The translations under genes were made by a program, and so were the position numbers. The notes under the pieces were generated by a model, which was given only the letters and a program-made list of their open reading frames with translations, was not told the DNA's origin and did no database searches. A stretch of 30,080 nucleotides of DNA from Pseudomonadota bacterium (GTDB lineage: Bacteria > Pseudomonadota > Alphaproteobacteria > RF32 > CAG-239), in the NCBI GenBank assembly GCA_918234285.1, contig CAKJXZ020000038.1:1-30080 (forward strand), in the 5' to 3' direction. This document shows positions 20,069-27,926 of the stretch, one piece after another; position 1 is the first letter of the stretch, and the number at the start of each line of letters is the position of its first letter.

Positions 20069-21874
20069 TCAGAACGAATACTTGACAGCGGTCAGCCATT
20101 CTTGCTGATTATGGCCGCGTTTGTTGTGCGAAGCGTTAAATTCAAAATTGAGCGACAAATCTCGGGTAATGCCGAATGAAACATCGGCCTTATATTGCAA
20201 ACGATTGCCGAATTTAGCCGTAGCAAAGGTCTGCTCGGCAGCCAGGTGTACTCTTACCGGCGAAAAATCGGCAAAAATCCCTATTTCCGGTGCCGCACCT
20301 ACCCAATAATTATCCGGAATCAAGCCGCCGTATTGTCCGTGTACGTCAATCATGCCGTATAACCAAAAGCGTTCGGTCAGGCCCAGAGTTTTACCGATAC
20401 CGAACTCAATATTGCCGACCGTCCCCTCTTTTTCGTTTTGCGGATTAAATTCGCGCACCAGACTGAAATCGGTTTTATACGAATACGGCATAAACACCCG
20501 ATCCATCGGCATCAACGAATAAATCGCCAAGCCGGTAAAACGCTGCAATACCAACTTATGGCTTTGATTATAGTAGCGCCCGATGATTTCGGTTACGCGC
20601 ACGCCGGCACCGCGGATTAAGCCCTCGTTATTGTCGGTCAATGAGGTATAGGCCGGCCGAATCATTATTTGTTCAAAGCTTTTATGATTATAGACACCGC
20701 CGCTGAAGCTGATTTGCGCTGAACCATGCGACAGGCTCGGATCATATCCTGTCGGCTTAAGTTCTTCCGCCGCCGGCAGAGCGCTGCGCTTTCTGAGCAC
20801 GGCAAAGCTGTTTTTGCGATATTCTTTGAGCTCCATCTCACCTTTGGTATAGCGATATTGATAATATTGATACAGAGTATCCAACACCTGCCGTTGTTCG
20901 GTCTCGCTTAAATCGGGCATTTCGTAATCGTGTTCTTTAATTCCCTTGCGAAATGCGGCATATTGTTCCGCGCTCATTTGTTTGAGCTGATACTTAATTT
21001 TGGTATATCGCGCCGGACGATAGTTTATATCTCCGACCAATCCCGGCACCTCGCGCACGGTTTTGAGCGTATCCATCGGAATGGCGTAATAATTGTAATG
21101 ACTGCTTAAATCAAGACTCGGCCGCACCGCCTCCAGCAATTCCAAAATCATATACGAGCAGTTTTTAGTCAGGAAAAAATACTGAATCCGCGCCTCTTGC
21201 ATCTCATAGAGATGGTTGACGAATTTAAGTTGCTCTTCTTCGGTCAAATTGATACCGTATTCCCAAATATCGCGGTTTTCGATATTGTTGTAGGTATTGA
21301 TAATCGTCCAATACGGATTGAAAGAATATTTGCCGTCATAACCGCCGAAAAGCCCTTTCAAGATAAAGGCAAGCCCTGTGTCCGCACCGGAAGTGACCCC
21401 GAAATTCGAGCCGTGAGCCAGCATTTGCGTACCTTTGCGCGCCGTATCTATGCGCACCAACGTATGCCCGAACATCGAAGCCGGGTTATTCATATAGGCA
21501 TCGGTAAACAAAAGCGTTACACCGTTTGGCTGCACATCTTTCATAAATTCCTGATATTCTTTGCAAGCAGTCAAATCACCGCTGATAAAGCCGTTATCTT
21601 TCAACAAATTGAAGCGTGCCGGAAAGCGACACTTACTCTCCCCTGTTGCAAATTTCGCAATTTCCGCTTTGAGCTCGGCCTCAGGGTTATATCTGCCCTC
21701 GGGACTGATATAAAAATCCTCGGTATGAATCAGGCCTTTATAACCGCCGAAATTTTTGTAATAATGCAGTAGTTTCAACCATTCCGGACTGTAAGCAAAC
21801 TCGGATACATCCGGCGCGGCCACGGCGGAAAGCGGAAAAAGTACGGCAAAAATTAAGGCAAATAAGCGGCGCAT
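20069..21874 (-). CDS. DUF4105 (Lnb N-terminal-like) domain protein with signal peptide and probable C-terminal beta-barrel
   Basis: Signal peptide MRRLFALIFAVLFPLSAVA, WLKLLHY, CRFPAR, PASMFGHTLVRID, YNNIENRDIWEY, YFFLTKNCSY; C-terminus WLTAVKYSF resembles an OMP beta-signal. Confidence 0.8.
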   Translation of the reverse strand: MRRLFALIFAVLFPLSAVAAPDVSEFAYSPEWLKLLHYYKNFGGYKGLIHTEDFYISPEGRYNPEAELKAEIAKFATGESKCRFPARFNLLKDNGFISGDLTACKEYQEFMKDVQPNGVTLLFTDAYMNNPASMFGHTLVRIDTARKGTQMLAHGSNFGVTSGADTGLAFILKGLFGGYDGKYSFNPYWTIINTYNNIENRDIWEYGINLTEEEQLKFVNHLYEMQEARIQYFFLTKNCSYMILELLEAVRPSLDLSSHYNYYAIPMDTLKTVREVPGLVGDINYRPARYTKIKYQLKQMSAEQYAAFRKGIKEHDYEMPDLSETEQRQVLDTLYQYYQYRYTKGEMELKEYRKNSFAVLRKRSALPAAEELKPTGYDPSLSHGSAQISFSGGVYNHKSFEQIMIRPAYTSLTDNNEGLIRGAGVRVTEIIGRYYNQSHKLVLQRFTGLAIYSLMPMDRVFMPYSYKTDFSLVREFNPQNEKEGTVGNIEFGIGKTLGLTERFWLYGMIDVHGQYGGLIPDNYWVGAAPEIGIFADFSPVRVHLAAEQTFATAKFGNRLQYKADVSFGITRDLSLNFEFNASHNKRGHNQQEWLTAVKYSF

Positions 21875-21884
21875 AACGATATTT

Positions 21885-21937
21885 AAAAAGAGAAAGTCAT
21901 CCCTCTTCACATTCAGCGGAGAACAGGGATGACTTTC
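21885..21937 (-). terminator. Intrinsic terminator/hairpin between the DUF3015 and DUF4105 genes
   Basis: 13-bp perfect stem GAAAGTCATCCCT (21892-21904) / AGGGATGACTTTC (21925-21937), followed on the minus strand by TCTTTTT. Confidence 0.75.
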
Positions 21938-21945
21938 GGTATTTA

Positions 21946-22404
21946 TTAAGCGTGAGCAATCTGCATTACACGAATGGTAACGTCAAGCGCTTCAACATTG
22001 TCATTCGGGAAAATATAAGCAAAGTTCTGTTGAACTTCTTTACCCAAAGTAGCGCTGTCAACATTCATAATGCCGGCCAAAGTTTCAATGGTTTCGCCAT
22101 TACCGGAAGCTGCATCCATAGCAAACTGTTCCATATTGTCTTCCAAGAAAGCCAATACCATACGGCCGGTGCCGCCGGTAATACGTCCGTTCGGGTCACA
22201 ACCGGAAGTACCGGAAGTAATACCGAAAGTGTTGTTGGCAAAAGTGTTGTTGGTAGTAATAGCTAAAGACTGCGGAATAATACCGGATTGACCGCGCCAA
22301 GCCATAGAACCCAAACCGCAACCGCCGGTAGAGTCAACGGCATTAGCCGGAGCGGCTAAACTTAAACCAGCACAAATAACTGCTGCACCTAAAATTTTTT
22401 TCAT
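21946..22404 (-). CDS. DUF3015 family secreted protein
   Basis: Signal peptide, GCGLGS, TTNNT...TFGITSGTSGC, MAxGxGE-like DAASGNGETI; adjacent to a DUF4105 gene as is common for this family. Confidence 0.85.
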   Translation of the reverse strand: MKKILGAAVICAGLSLAAPANAVDSTGGCGLGSMAWRGQSGIIPQSLAITTNNTFANNTFGITSGTSGCDPNGRITGGTGRMVLAFLEDNMEQFAMDAASGNGETIETLAGIMNVDSATLGKEVQQNFAYIFPNDNVEALDVTIRVMQIAHA

Positions 22405-22718
22405 AATATAGTTCTCCTCTTATCTACAATAAATCGCATAACTCTCAGGAGCATAAATTCCGAAAGTAATAGCATTGAATAAACCGTCTAAGAAAGAATG
22501 GTGCGTATCAATAGAGCTGATACCTCTATTGCCGCAAATTTCACGCGGATTATAACCTTTTTCTTGCCCAATGCCCCAGAAGACAAAGTGACTTACGCCT
22601 TCATAAGACGGTATTGTCGTATGGCGACCATCTAAATCAAATCGTTGTGTACTGCATGCAGATAAAGCCAAAACAAGTCCCATGCAGATTAAAATTTTTT
22701 TCATAATATAGTTCTCCT
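22390..22718. repeat. Exact 29-bp direct repeat at 22390-22418 and 22690-22718 (RBS + first five codons)
   Basis: Minus strand AGGAGAACTATATTATGAAAAAAATTTTA starts both the bor-like and DUF3015 genes, 300 bp apart. Confidence 0.95.
22420..22704 (-). CDS. Bor/Iss family lipoprotein
   Basis: Lipobox LSAC, then QRF...SHFVFWGIGQ...ICG...SFLDGLFNAITFGIYAP...YC, the lambda Bor/Iss pattern. Confidence 0.85.
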   Translation of the reverse strand: MKKILICMGLVLALSACSTQRFDLDGRHTTIPSYEGVSHFVFWGIGQEKGYNPREICGNRGISSIDTHHSFLDGLFNAITFGIYAPESYAIYCR

Positions 22719-22821
22719 TATTAGTTTATCTAACGAAATAACTTTAGCACTATGTATATAAAAAAGTACAGTCTGCCCCGCACTTTTGCACAATTATTTT
22801 GAAACATCGGTTCTTTTTTGT

Positions 22822-22851
22822 TTGACTTAAAGCCGAAAAAAAAGTTATAAT
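22822..22851 (+). promoter_or_regulatory. Near-consensus sigma70 promoter with an A8 tract in the spacer
   Basis: TTGACT (22822-22827), 18 bp including A8 at 22836-22843, TATAAT (22846-22851). Confidence 0.65.
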
Positions 22852-22873
22852 CAAATCGTGAAGGAGAAATACG

Positions 22874-22945
22874 ATGTCTACCACTGCAATTATCATCTGC
22901 GGCATTATATTTATGATTCTCTTTATCGGCTATCAGTTTGTATAA
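22874..22945 (+). CDS. Small single-TM protein, 23 aa (MSTTAIIICGIIFMILFIGYQFV)
   Basis: AAGGAGA RBS at 22861-22867, ATG 22874, TAA 22943-22945, entirely hydrophobic core, own promoter; below the ORF-track cutoff. Confidence 0.6.
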   Translation: MSTTAIIICGIIFMILFIGYQFV

Positions 22946-22990
22946 ATTGCCGCCTTGGGGATTTTTTAAACCGAATTTATTCGGTAAGTT

Positions 22991-23509
22991 CTATTTTTTA
23001 AGCTTTTTCAACACCGCAAACGGGTTATTATGCTCCAGCGGCTCAACTTTAGCGTATTGTGCAAAGTCAAACACCTCGCCTTCGGCTCGCGGATAATCGT
23101 CAAGTTGCAGTGCCACTTGCTCGATACAGATATCAGCCAGATTAATTTCACCGTTTTCGATAATATCCGGCACCTCGTCATTAATGGTAGGATCCATATC
23201 GCGAATATCTTTATAAGTGGCTTTGGTGTCATAAAACAGCTCAAACGGTACGGCGATTTTCTGCTCAAAATTTTCCAAACTGATTACGCTTTTTATCGTC
23301 AGGGTTGCCGCCACATTCCCCCAAACCCGCAGGATATTCTCTTTTTTATTGAATTTCATAAACACTTCGCCGCGGAAAAAACTGACATCTTCCACTTGCA
23401 GAATCTCGGTAATATCCTCAAGTTCTTCCGCATCCGCTTCCAAAACAAACTTATAGCTGTTTTGATTTAATTCATCTGTTTTAACCGGATATGAAAATTT
23501 TTTTTGCAT
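22991..23509 (-). CDS. yceD: YceD/DUF177 family protein
   Basis: VISLENF, GEINLADICIEQVALQLDDYPRAEG, C-terminal NNPFAVLKKLK; divergent from bamE. Confidence 0.85.
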   Translation of the reverse strand: MQKKFSYPVKTDELNQNSYKFVLEADAEELEDITEILQVEDVSFFRGEVFMKFNKKENILRVWGNVAATLTIKSVISLENFEQKIAVPFELFYDTKATYKDIRDMDPTINDEVPDIIENGEINLADICIEQVALQLDDYPRAEGEVFDFAQYAKVEPLEHNNPFAVLKKLKK

Positions 23510-23568
23510 TCTGAAATCCTTGTGTTATATATATCCTATAATCAATATAAATATAAGGAATTATACAG

Positions 23569-24024
23569 ATGTCAATACGCAATTTGCTTTTTCTTTCCGC
23601 ACTGTTATTGAATACGGCGTGTTCGAGCGACTTGTTTATAGAGCATAACGGCAATATGCCGGAAGATCGCTATTTGCAACGCTTACACGTAGGACAGAGT
23701 AAAGAAGAAGTTTATGAAATTTTGGGAGCGCCTAATCTGACAACCGCCCTCAGCGACGACCATTGGATTTATATGTCATCCACCATGCGCCGAATTGCTT
23801 TTGAAAAGCCGACGGAATTGGAACGAGACGTAGTTGCCGTTACGTTCAAAGATAACGTGGTTACCCGCATAGATAAGCGCACATTGGCTGATGCCAACAA
23901 AATCAAAATAGATTCGGATGAAACCAAGGCTACCGAGCGTGAACAGGGCTTCTTCCGTAAATACTTCGGCGGAGTCGGACAATATCAGATGTTCGGCGAC
24001 GGCAAAAACAAAAAGGAAATGTAA
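23569..24024 (+). CDS. bamE: Outer-membrane assembly lipoprotein BamE (SmpA/OmlA)
   Basis: Lipobox NTAC, HNGN, LHVGQSKEEVYEILGAP, WIYMS, VVAVTF. Confidence 0.88.
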   Translation: MSIRNLLFLSALLLNTACSSDLFIEHNGNMPEDRYLQRLHVGQSKEEVYEILGAPNLTTALSDDHWIYMSSTMRRIAFEKPTELERDVVAVTFKDNVVTRIDKRTLADANKIKIDSDETKATEREQGFFRKYFGGVGQYQMFGDGKNKKEM

Positions 24025-24026
24025 AA

Positions 24027-25421
24027 GTGAACGAGAACTTAACCGCACAGCTGACGGAAGCCCTCTCCCATTTCGGTATTAAGGGCACCATCGGCGAAAT
24101 TTTTGAAGGTCCGCTGATTACGGATATTCAATTTCAACCGACCACCGGCACCAAATTTTCGACCATAGCCGGTTCCATCAAAGATATTGCCCGCGAACTC
24201 GGTGTCAGCGGTATTCGCGTATCTCCGGTGGTTAATTCGACCTATATCAGTTTTGAAATTCCGCGGCCTAAGGCGCAAACCATCGATTTTGTACCGCTGC
24301 TGCAATCGGAAGAATTTGTTAATGCAACCGGCGCCCTGCCGATTTTGGTGGGCGTTGATATGCACGGCAAACCGGTTATCAAAGACCTTGCCAAAATGCC
24401 GCACCTGTTGGTTGCCGGTACTACCGGTTCGGGTAAATCGGTGGGGTTAAACTCATTTATTCTGGCGATGATGGCTAAAAAACAGCCGGAAGAATTGAAG
24501 CTGATTCTGGTTGACCCGAAGCGTATTGAGTTCAGTATGTATAACAAACAGCGCTATATGTTGTGTCCGCCGGTTACCGATATGAGTATGGCGGCGCGCT
24601 GGCTTGAAAAATTGGTTGATGAAATGAACGCACGCTACGCCGTGTTTGAGCAAAATATGGTGCGCAATATCGGCGAATATCATGCCAAAGGCAAAAAAAT
24701 GCCGTATATCGTCTGCGTGATTGATGAGTTCGCCGACCTGATTTTATCGGATAAAAACGTAGAAAAACAGGTGCAACTCCTGGCGCAAAAATCGCGTGCT
24801 TCGGGTATTCATCTGATTATTGCCACGCAACGTCCGTCGGTTGATGTGATTACCGGTGTGATTAAGTCCAATTTACCGACGCGTTTATCATATAAAGTAT
24901 CGTCGCCGACCGATTCCATGACTATTTTGAATATGGCCGGTGCCGAAGACTTACTCGGTCGCGGCGACTCGTTGTTGCTCGAAGAAAACGGCACTCTTAC
25001 CCGCACCCTCGGTGCTTATGCTCCGAATGAAGATATTGTTGCCCTGCTCACTCCGCATCGTTGTGAATTGGAAGATATTGATTATTCCGGCATTATCACC
25101 GGTCAGCAAATTCAAACGCAAACGCAGGAATATATCGCACAGCAAGAAAAAGCCAAAGAAGATGCTTTGAATGCCGGTAAATCCGAGGGCTTTTTTGCTA
25201 AAATCAAAGGTTATTGGAATAAGCTCGGCAAGCCGATGCAGCGGCGAATTGTCAGTATCGGAATTGCCTTTGTGATGGCGCTTATAAATAATAAGTCGTC
25301 CAAAAAATCCGCATTGGAAAATGCCACCGATGCTGCGGTTAAATCTGCCAAACGCTCGGCAAAAGCGCAAGCCAAGCAAGCTATAACCAAAACCATTTTG
25401 GATTCGCTGAATAAAAAATAA
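24027..25421 (+). CDS. FtsK/SpoIIIE-family DNA translocase-like ATPase (alpha-beta motor only, atypical C-terminus)
   Basis: LSHFGIKG...GPLIT, DLAKMPHLLVAGTTGSGKSVG, LVDPKRIE, VIDEFADL, GIHLIIATQRPSVDVITG, GAEDLLGRGD; no N-terminal TMs and no recognisable gamma domain. Confidence 0.88.
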   Translation: MNENLTAQLTEALSHFGIKGTIGEIFEGPLITDIQFQPTTGTKFSTIAGSIKDIARELGVSGIRVSPVVNSTYISFEIPRPKAQTIDFVPLLQSEEFVNATGALPILVGVDMHGKPVIKDLAKMPHLLVAGTTGSGKSVGLNSFILAMMAKKQPEELKLILVDPKRIEFSMYNKQRYMLCPPVTDMSMAARWLEKLVDEMNARYAVFEQNMVRNIGEYHAKGKKMPYIVCVIDEFADLILSDKNVEKQVQLLAQKSRASGIHLIIATQRPSVDVITGVIKSNLPTRLSYKVSSPTDSMTILNMAGAEDLLGRGDSLLLEENGTLTRTLGAYAPNEDIVALLTPHRCELEDIDYSGIITGQQIQTQTQEYIAQQEKAKEDALNAGKSEGFFAKIKGYWNKLGKPMQRRIVSIGIAFVMALINNKSSKKSALENATDAAVKSAKRSAKAQAKQAITKTILDSLNKK

Positions 25422-25440
25422 AAATAAGCTTTTAAAAAGC

Positions 25441-25474
25441 GCACCCCCGTTTCCGATTAAAGAAACGGGGGTGT
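25441..25474. terminator. Intrinsic terminator, likely bidirectional
   Basis: GCACCCCCGTTTC / GAAACGGGGGTGT stem between convergent genes. Confidence 0.8.
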
Positions 25475-25491
25475 ATTTTGCGCATTGTCAT

Positions 25492-26073
25492 TCAGCGATG
25501 AGCCAACTTGTCTTGAACTAGACCGACGAACAGGCAGACTATACAGCCTACTGCAACAATCGGAGCAAGCCAACCAAAGAAACCGCCGACGAGTTCGGGA
25601 ACTTCCATTCCGGAGAAGTGCTCGAACAAATCAAAAACTACTCCGATTACGACGATTGCCATAAAGGCTAAGCCGAGCGAAACACTGTAGCCGATAGCCT
25701 TGATGTCCGGACGGTCTTTGGCGAGCAACTTAAAGCCGTAAACAGCTCCCAAGAGCATCATCCAGCCGAGGGAACACTCTAGCGGCAAGGCTCTTGCTCC
25801 CGTCATACCGCAGAACATAACCTGTAGTAACAGCAGGAAAAATGATGTGGCGACACCGAATACAGCCACAAAGAACTTGGCTTCATCCCGCATCTTTCCG
25901 CTCTTCTTAGCCTGCATATACCTCTCATAGGTAAAACAGGCAAAGGCAGCGATACCGATGCCGAGAGTATACTGCCAATAAGAGCTATCGGCAATGATAA
26001 TACCCCACACCAACAATGCTACCGGAACCAATACCAGGCTCAGATTCGTAACTTCAGTTGCAATTTTTCTCAT
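25492..26073 (-). CDS. Hypothetical multi-pass membrane protein (about 6 TMs)
   Basis: ORF with about six hydrophobic segments. Likely start is ATG 26073 (MRKIATEV) after an A-rich leader; no family recognised. Confidence 0.65.
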   Translation of the reverse strand: MRKIATEVTNLSLVLVPVALLVWGIIIADSSYWQYTLGIGIAAFACFTYERYMQAKKSGKMRDEAKFFVAVFGVATSFFLLLLQVMFCGMTGARALPLECSLGWMMLLGAVYGFKLLAKDRPDIKAIGYSVSLGLAFMAIVVIGVVFDLFEHFSGMEVPELVGGFFGWLAPIVAVGCIVCLFVGLVQDKLAHR

Positions 26074-26189
26074 TTTTTTTTGATTTTTTGAAAGTGAATA
26101 ATGTTTCCCAAAACTATGCAAAATTCAACCGCTGTTGACATCATAAAGATATTATAATCTCTAGGGCATAATAATATTTGATTAAGTCT

Positions 26190-26218
26190 ATATTACCCTT
26201 GTTTGACAAAATTGTCAA
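26190..26218 (-). promoter_or_regulatory. Putative promoter within palindrome TTGACA-AAAT-TGTCAA
   Basis: Minus strand TTGACA (26218-26213), 17 bp, TAATAT (26195-26190). The -35 is one arm of an inverted repeat at 26203-26218. Confidence 0.45.
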
Positions 26219-26322
26219 GGTGTTTATGGCAAAAAAGCGGATAATTTGCATTATTTACTTTTCAATCAGTGCAAAACGGCTTAAACTGCGAACGTAATAT
26301 TACTTTAATTAAGGGGAAAAAT

Positions 26323-26646
26323 ATGAAAAAATCATTAGTATTGGGCTTTGCTTTAGTGTTGGCCGCTTGTGCCAATTCCAATGCCGGCGACGGCGGATTT
26401 TTATCGTCGTTGACCGCTACCGACGCCAATTCTTCGGTACGCCAAAAAATGCAGGCTTGTATGCTGACCGAAGCACAGAATAAATTCCAAGCCGGCACTT
26501 TGTTTACAAAGGGTATCAGCGATACGGCCGATGAGTTGGTTGCCACTTGCGCCAAAAAACTGGCTTTGCAATCAGTCGGTATCAGCGAAGAAAACAAAAC
26601 CGCTGCCGAAAATATTATCAACAACCTGAAGAGTATGGCACAATAA
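26323..26646 (+). CDS. Hypothetical lipoprotein
   Basis: AAGGGG RBS, MKKSLVLGFALVLAAC lipobox, two further Cys residues. Confidence 0.8.
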   Translation: MKKSLVLGFALVLAACANSNAGDGGFLSSLTATDANSSVRQKMQACMLTEAQNKFQAGTLFTKGISDTADELVATCAKKLALQSVGISEENKTAAENIINNLKSMAQ

Positions 26647-26670
26647 TATTTTTAAGCAAAACACTTTTTG

Positions 26671-26697
26671 CCCGCTTTGCCGATTGCAAGGCGGGTT
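26671..26697 (+). terminator. Hairpin/terminator after the lipoprotein gene
   Basis: CCCGCTTTGC / GCAAGGCGGG stem with a short U tail. Confidence 0.55.
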
Positions 26698-26774
26698 AAA
26701 TTTGTGGTTGACAAAATAGGTTGTAAGCGTTATATCAGATTTACAACAATCAATTATTCAAAAATTATGAGATT

Positions 26775-27314
26775 ATGGAAAAAGAACAGGTATTGAATTT
26801 GGCTGATGTTCTCGGCCGTATGAAGCGAGTTAAGCGCACCGGTTGGATGAAGCGTATGGTGATGAATCCGGAGAGTGATGCTGACCATTCTTACAGCTTG
26901 GCAATGTTGGTTATGCTGTTTGCCCCGGCTCGTCTGGATAAGCAGAAGTGTTTAGAACTTGCTCTGGTGCATGATTTGCCTGAGATTCTCTGCGGCGATA
27001 TTGTCCCCGGAGAAGTTGACGACAAGATTAAATCCGAACTCGAACGCTCTGCCATGAAGGCTATCGTCAAGAATCTGGGAGTACCGCAACTGCAGGAGTT
27101 GTTTGATGAATACGAACAGCATCAGACTCCCGAGGCCCAGTTCGTATGGGTTTTGGATCGCCTCGATAACGTGTTTACGGCGCGATTCTATCAAAATACC
27201 ATGCGTATCGGTCTGGTCAACGAATTCAGCGAAAGCACTCTGGAACGGCTCTATTATCTGAATGATGCCGAACTGCGTAACGAGTTAGATAAAATCCTGT
27301 CTGCGTTAAAGTAA
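26775..27314 (+). CDS. HD-domain phosphohydrolase (HD_3 / 5'-deoxynucleotidase-like)
   Basis: KRVKRTGW, ESDADHSY, ALVHDLPEILCGDI, EYE...TPEAQFV...DRLD. Confidence 0.88.
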   Translation: MEKEQVLNLADVLGRMKRVKRTGWMKRMVMNPESDADHSYSLAMLVMLFAPARLDKQKCLELALVHDLPEILCGDIVPGEVDDKIKSELERSAMKAIVKNLGVPQLQELFDEYEQHQTPEAQFVWVLDRLDNVFTARFYQNTMRIGLVNEFSESTLERLYYLNDAELRNELDKILSALK

Positions 27315-27359
27315 AAACAAAAGCCTCACCCTTTGCTACGGTGAGGCCTTTGTTTTTTT
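27315..27359. terminator. Bidirectional intrinsic terminator
   Basis: AAACAAAA-GCCTCACC...GGTGAGGC-CTTTGTTTTTT between the convergent HD gene and gapR. Confidence 0.8.
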
Positions 27360-27368
27360 AGCTATATC

Positions 27369-27632
27369 TTAAAATTCCAGCGCTTTACGGAAAATTGCCA
27401 CCCAGTTTTCCTGCTGATTGCGATCATCGGCGTTCATTTTACGCAACTTCAAAACCGTGCGCAAGGCCTTAACATCAAAACCGGCACTTTTAGCTTCGGC
27501 AAAAATATCGCGGATATCGCTCTGTAGCTCTCTTTTTTCTTCTTCCAAACGTTCGATACGCTCAATCAAAGAACGCAGTCTCGGAGCATCAATACCTCCT
27601 ACTTCAACGTTTACGATTTTTTCATCTGCCAT
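27369..27632 (-). CDS. gapR: Nucleoid-associated protein GapR (DUF2312)
   Basis: LRSLIERIERLEEEK...DIFAEAKSAGFDVKALRTVLKLRK. ATG 27632 after GGGGAG. Confidence 0.92.
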   Translation of the reverse strand: MADEKIVNVEVGGIDAPRLRSLIERIERLEEEKRELQSDIRDIFAEAKSAGFDVKALRTVLKLRKMNADDRNQQENWVAIFRKALEF

Positions 27633-27695
27633 AATTTTTCTCCCCATAAATAATCAAAAAAAGCTTGCATCATTACATACAAGCTCTCTGTTCGA

Positions 27696-27780
27696 TGGTA
27701 GGGCCGGAGAGAATCGAACTCTCACTCCCGAAGGAACCAGATTTTGAGTCTGACGCGTCTACCAATTCCGCCACAACCCC
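27696..27780 (-). tRNA. tRNA-Leu(CAA)
   Basis: GGGGTTGTGGCGGAATTGGTAGACGCGTCAGACT-CAA-AATCTGG, long variable arm TTCCTTCGGGAG, T-arm GAGAGTTCGATTCTCTC, encoded CCA; 85 nt. Confidence 0.93.
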
Positions 27781-27794
27781 GTCGACAATCAAAC

Positions 27795-27823
27795 TTAATA
27801 ACCTATTTATTTTCATTCGTCAA
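27795..27823 (-). promoter_or_regulatory. Putative tRNA promoter
   Basis: Minus strand TTGACG, 17 bp, TATTAA, ending 14 nt upstream of the tRNA. Confidence 0.55.
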
Positions 27824-27926
27824 TACTTTTTTTGCATTATTTTTATAAAAATGTGTTTATTTTTTACTTTTATTTAACATAAATATATGGTATAATCCGC
27901 CTTAGTTTACAAAAATCGAGGTTATC

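Noticed and set aside
22402-22410. CATAATATA shared between the 29-bp bor repeat and dif
   Set aside because: Only 9 AT-rich bases match, the match includes the start codon, and there is no second Xer arm.
22420-27632. Prophage suggested by bor, FtsK-like ATPase and gapR (all have phage homologs)
   Set aside because: No integrase, structural, packaging or lysis genes, and the genes are interspersed with core yceD and bamE.
27665-27877. 70-aa ORF containing VGPERIELSLPKEPDFESDASTNSAT
   Set aside because: This is the antisense translation of the tRNA-Leu gene.
27872-27899. ATTTAACATAA, an exact reverse-complement E. coli XerD arm
   Set aside because: No XerC-like arm at 6-bp spacing (GGTATAATCCG follows). 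It lies in an AT-rich divergent promoter and is probably chance.
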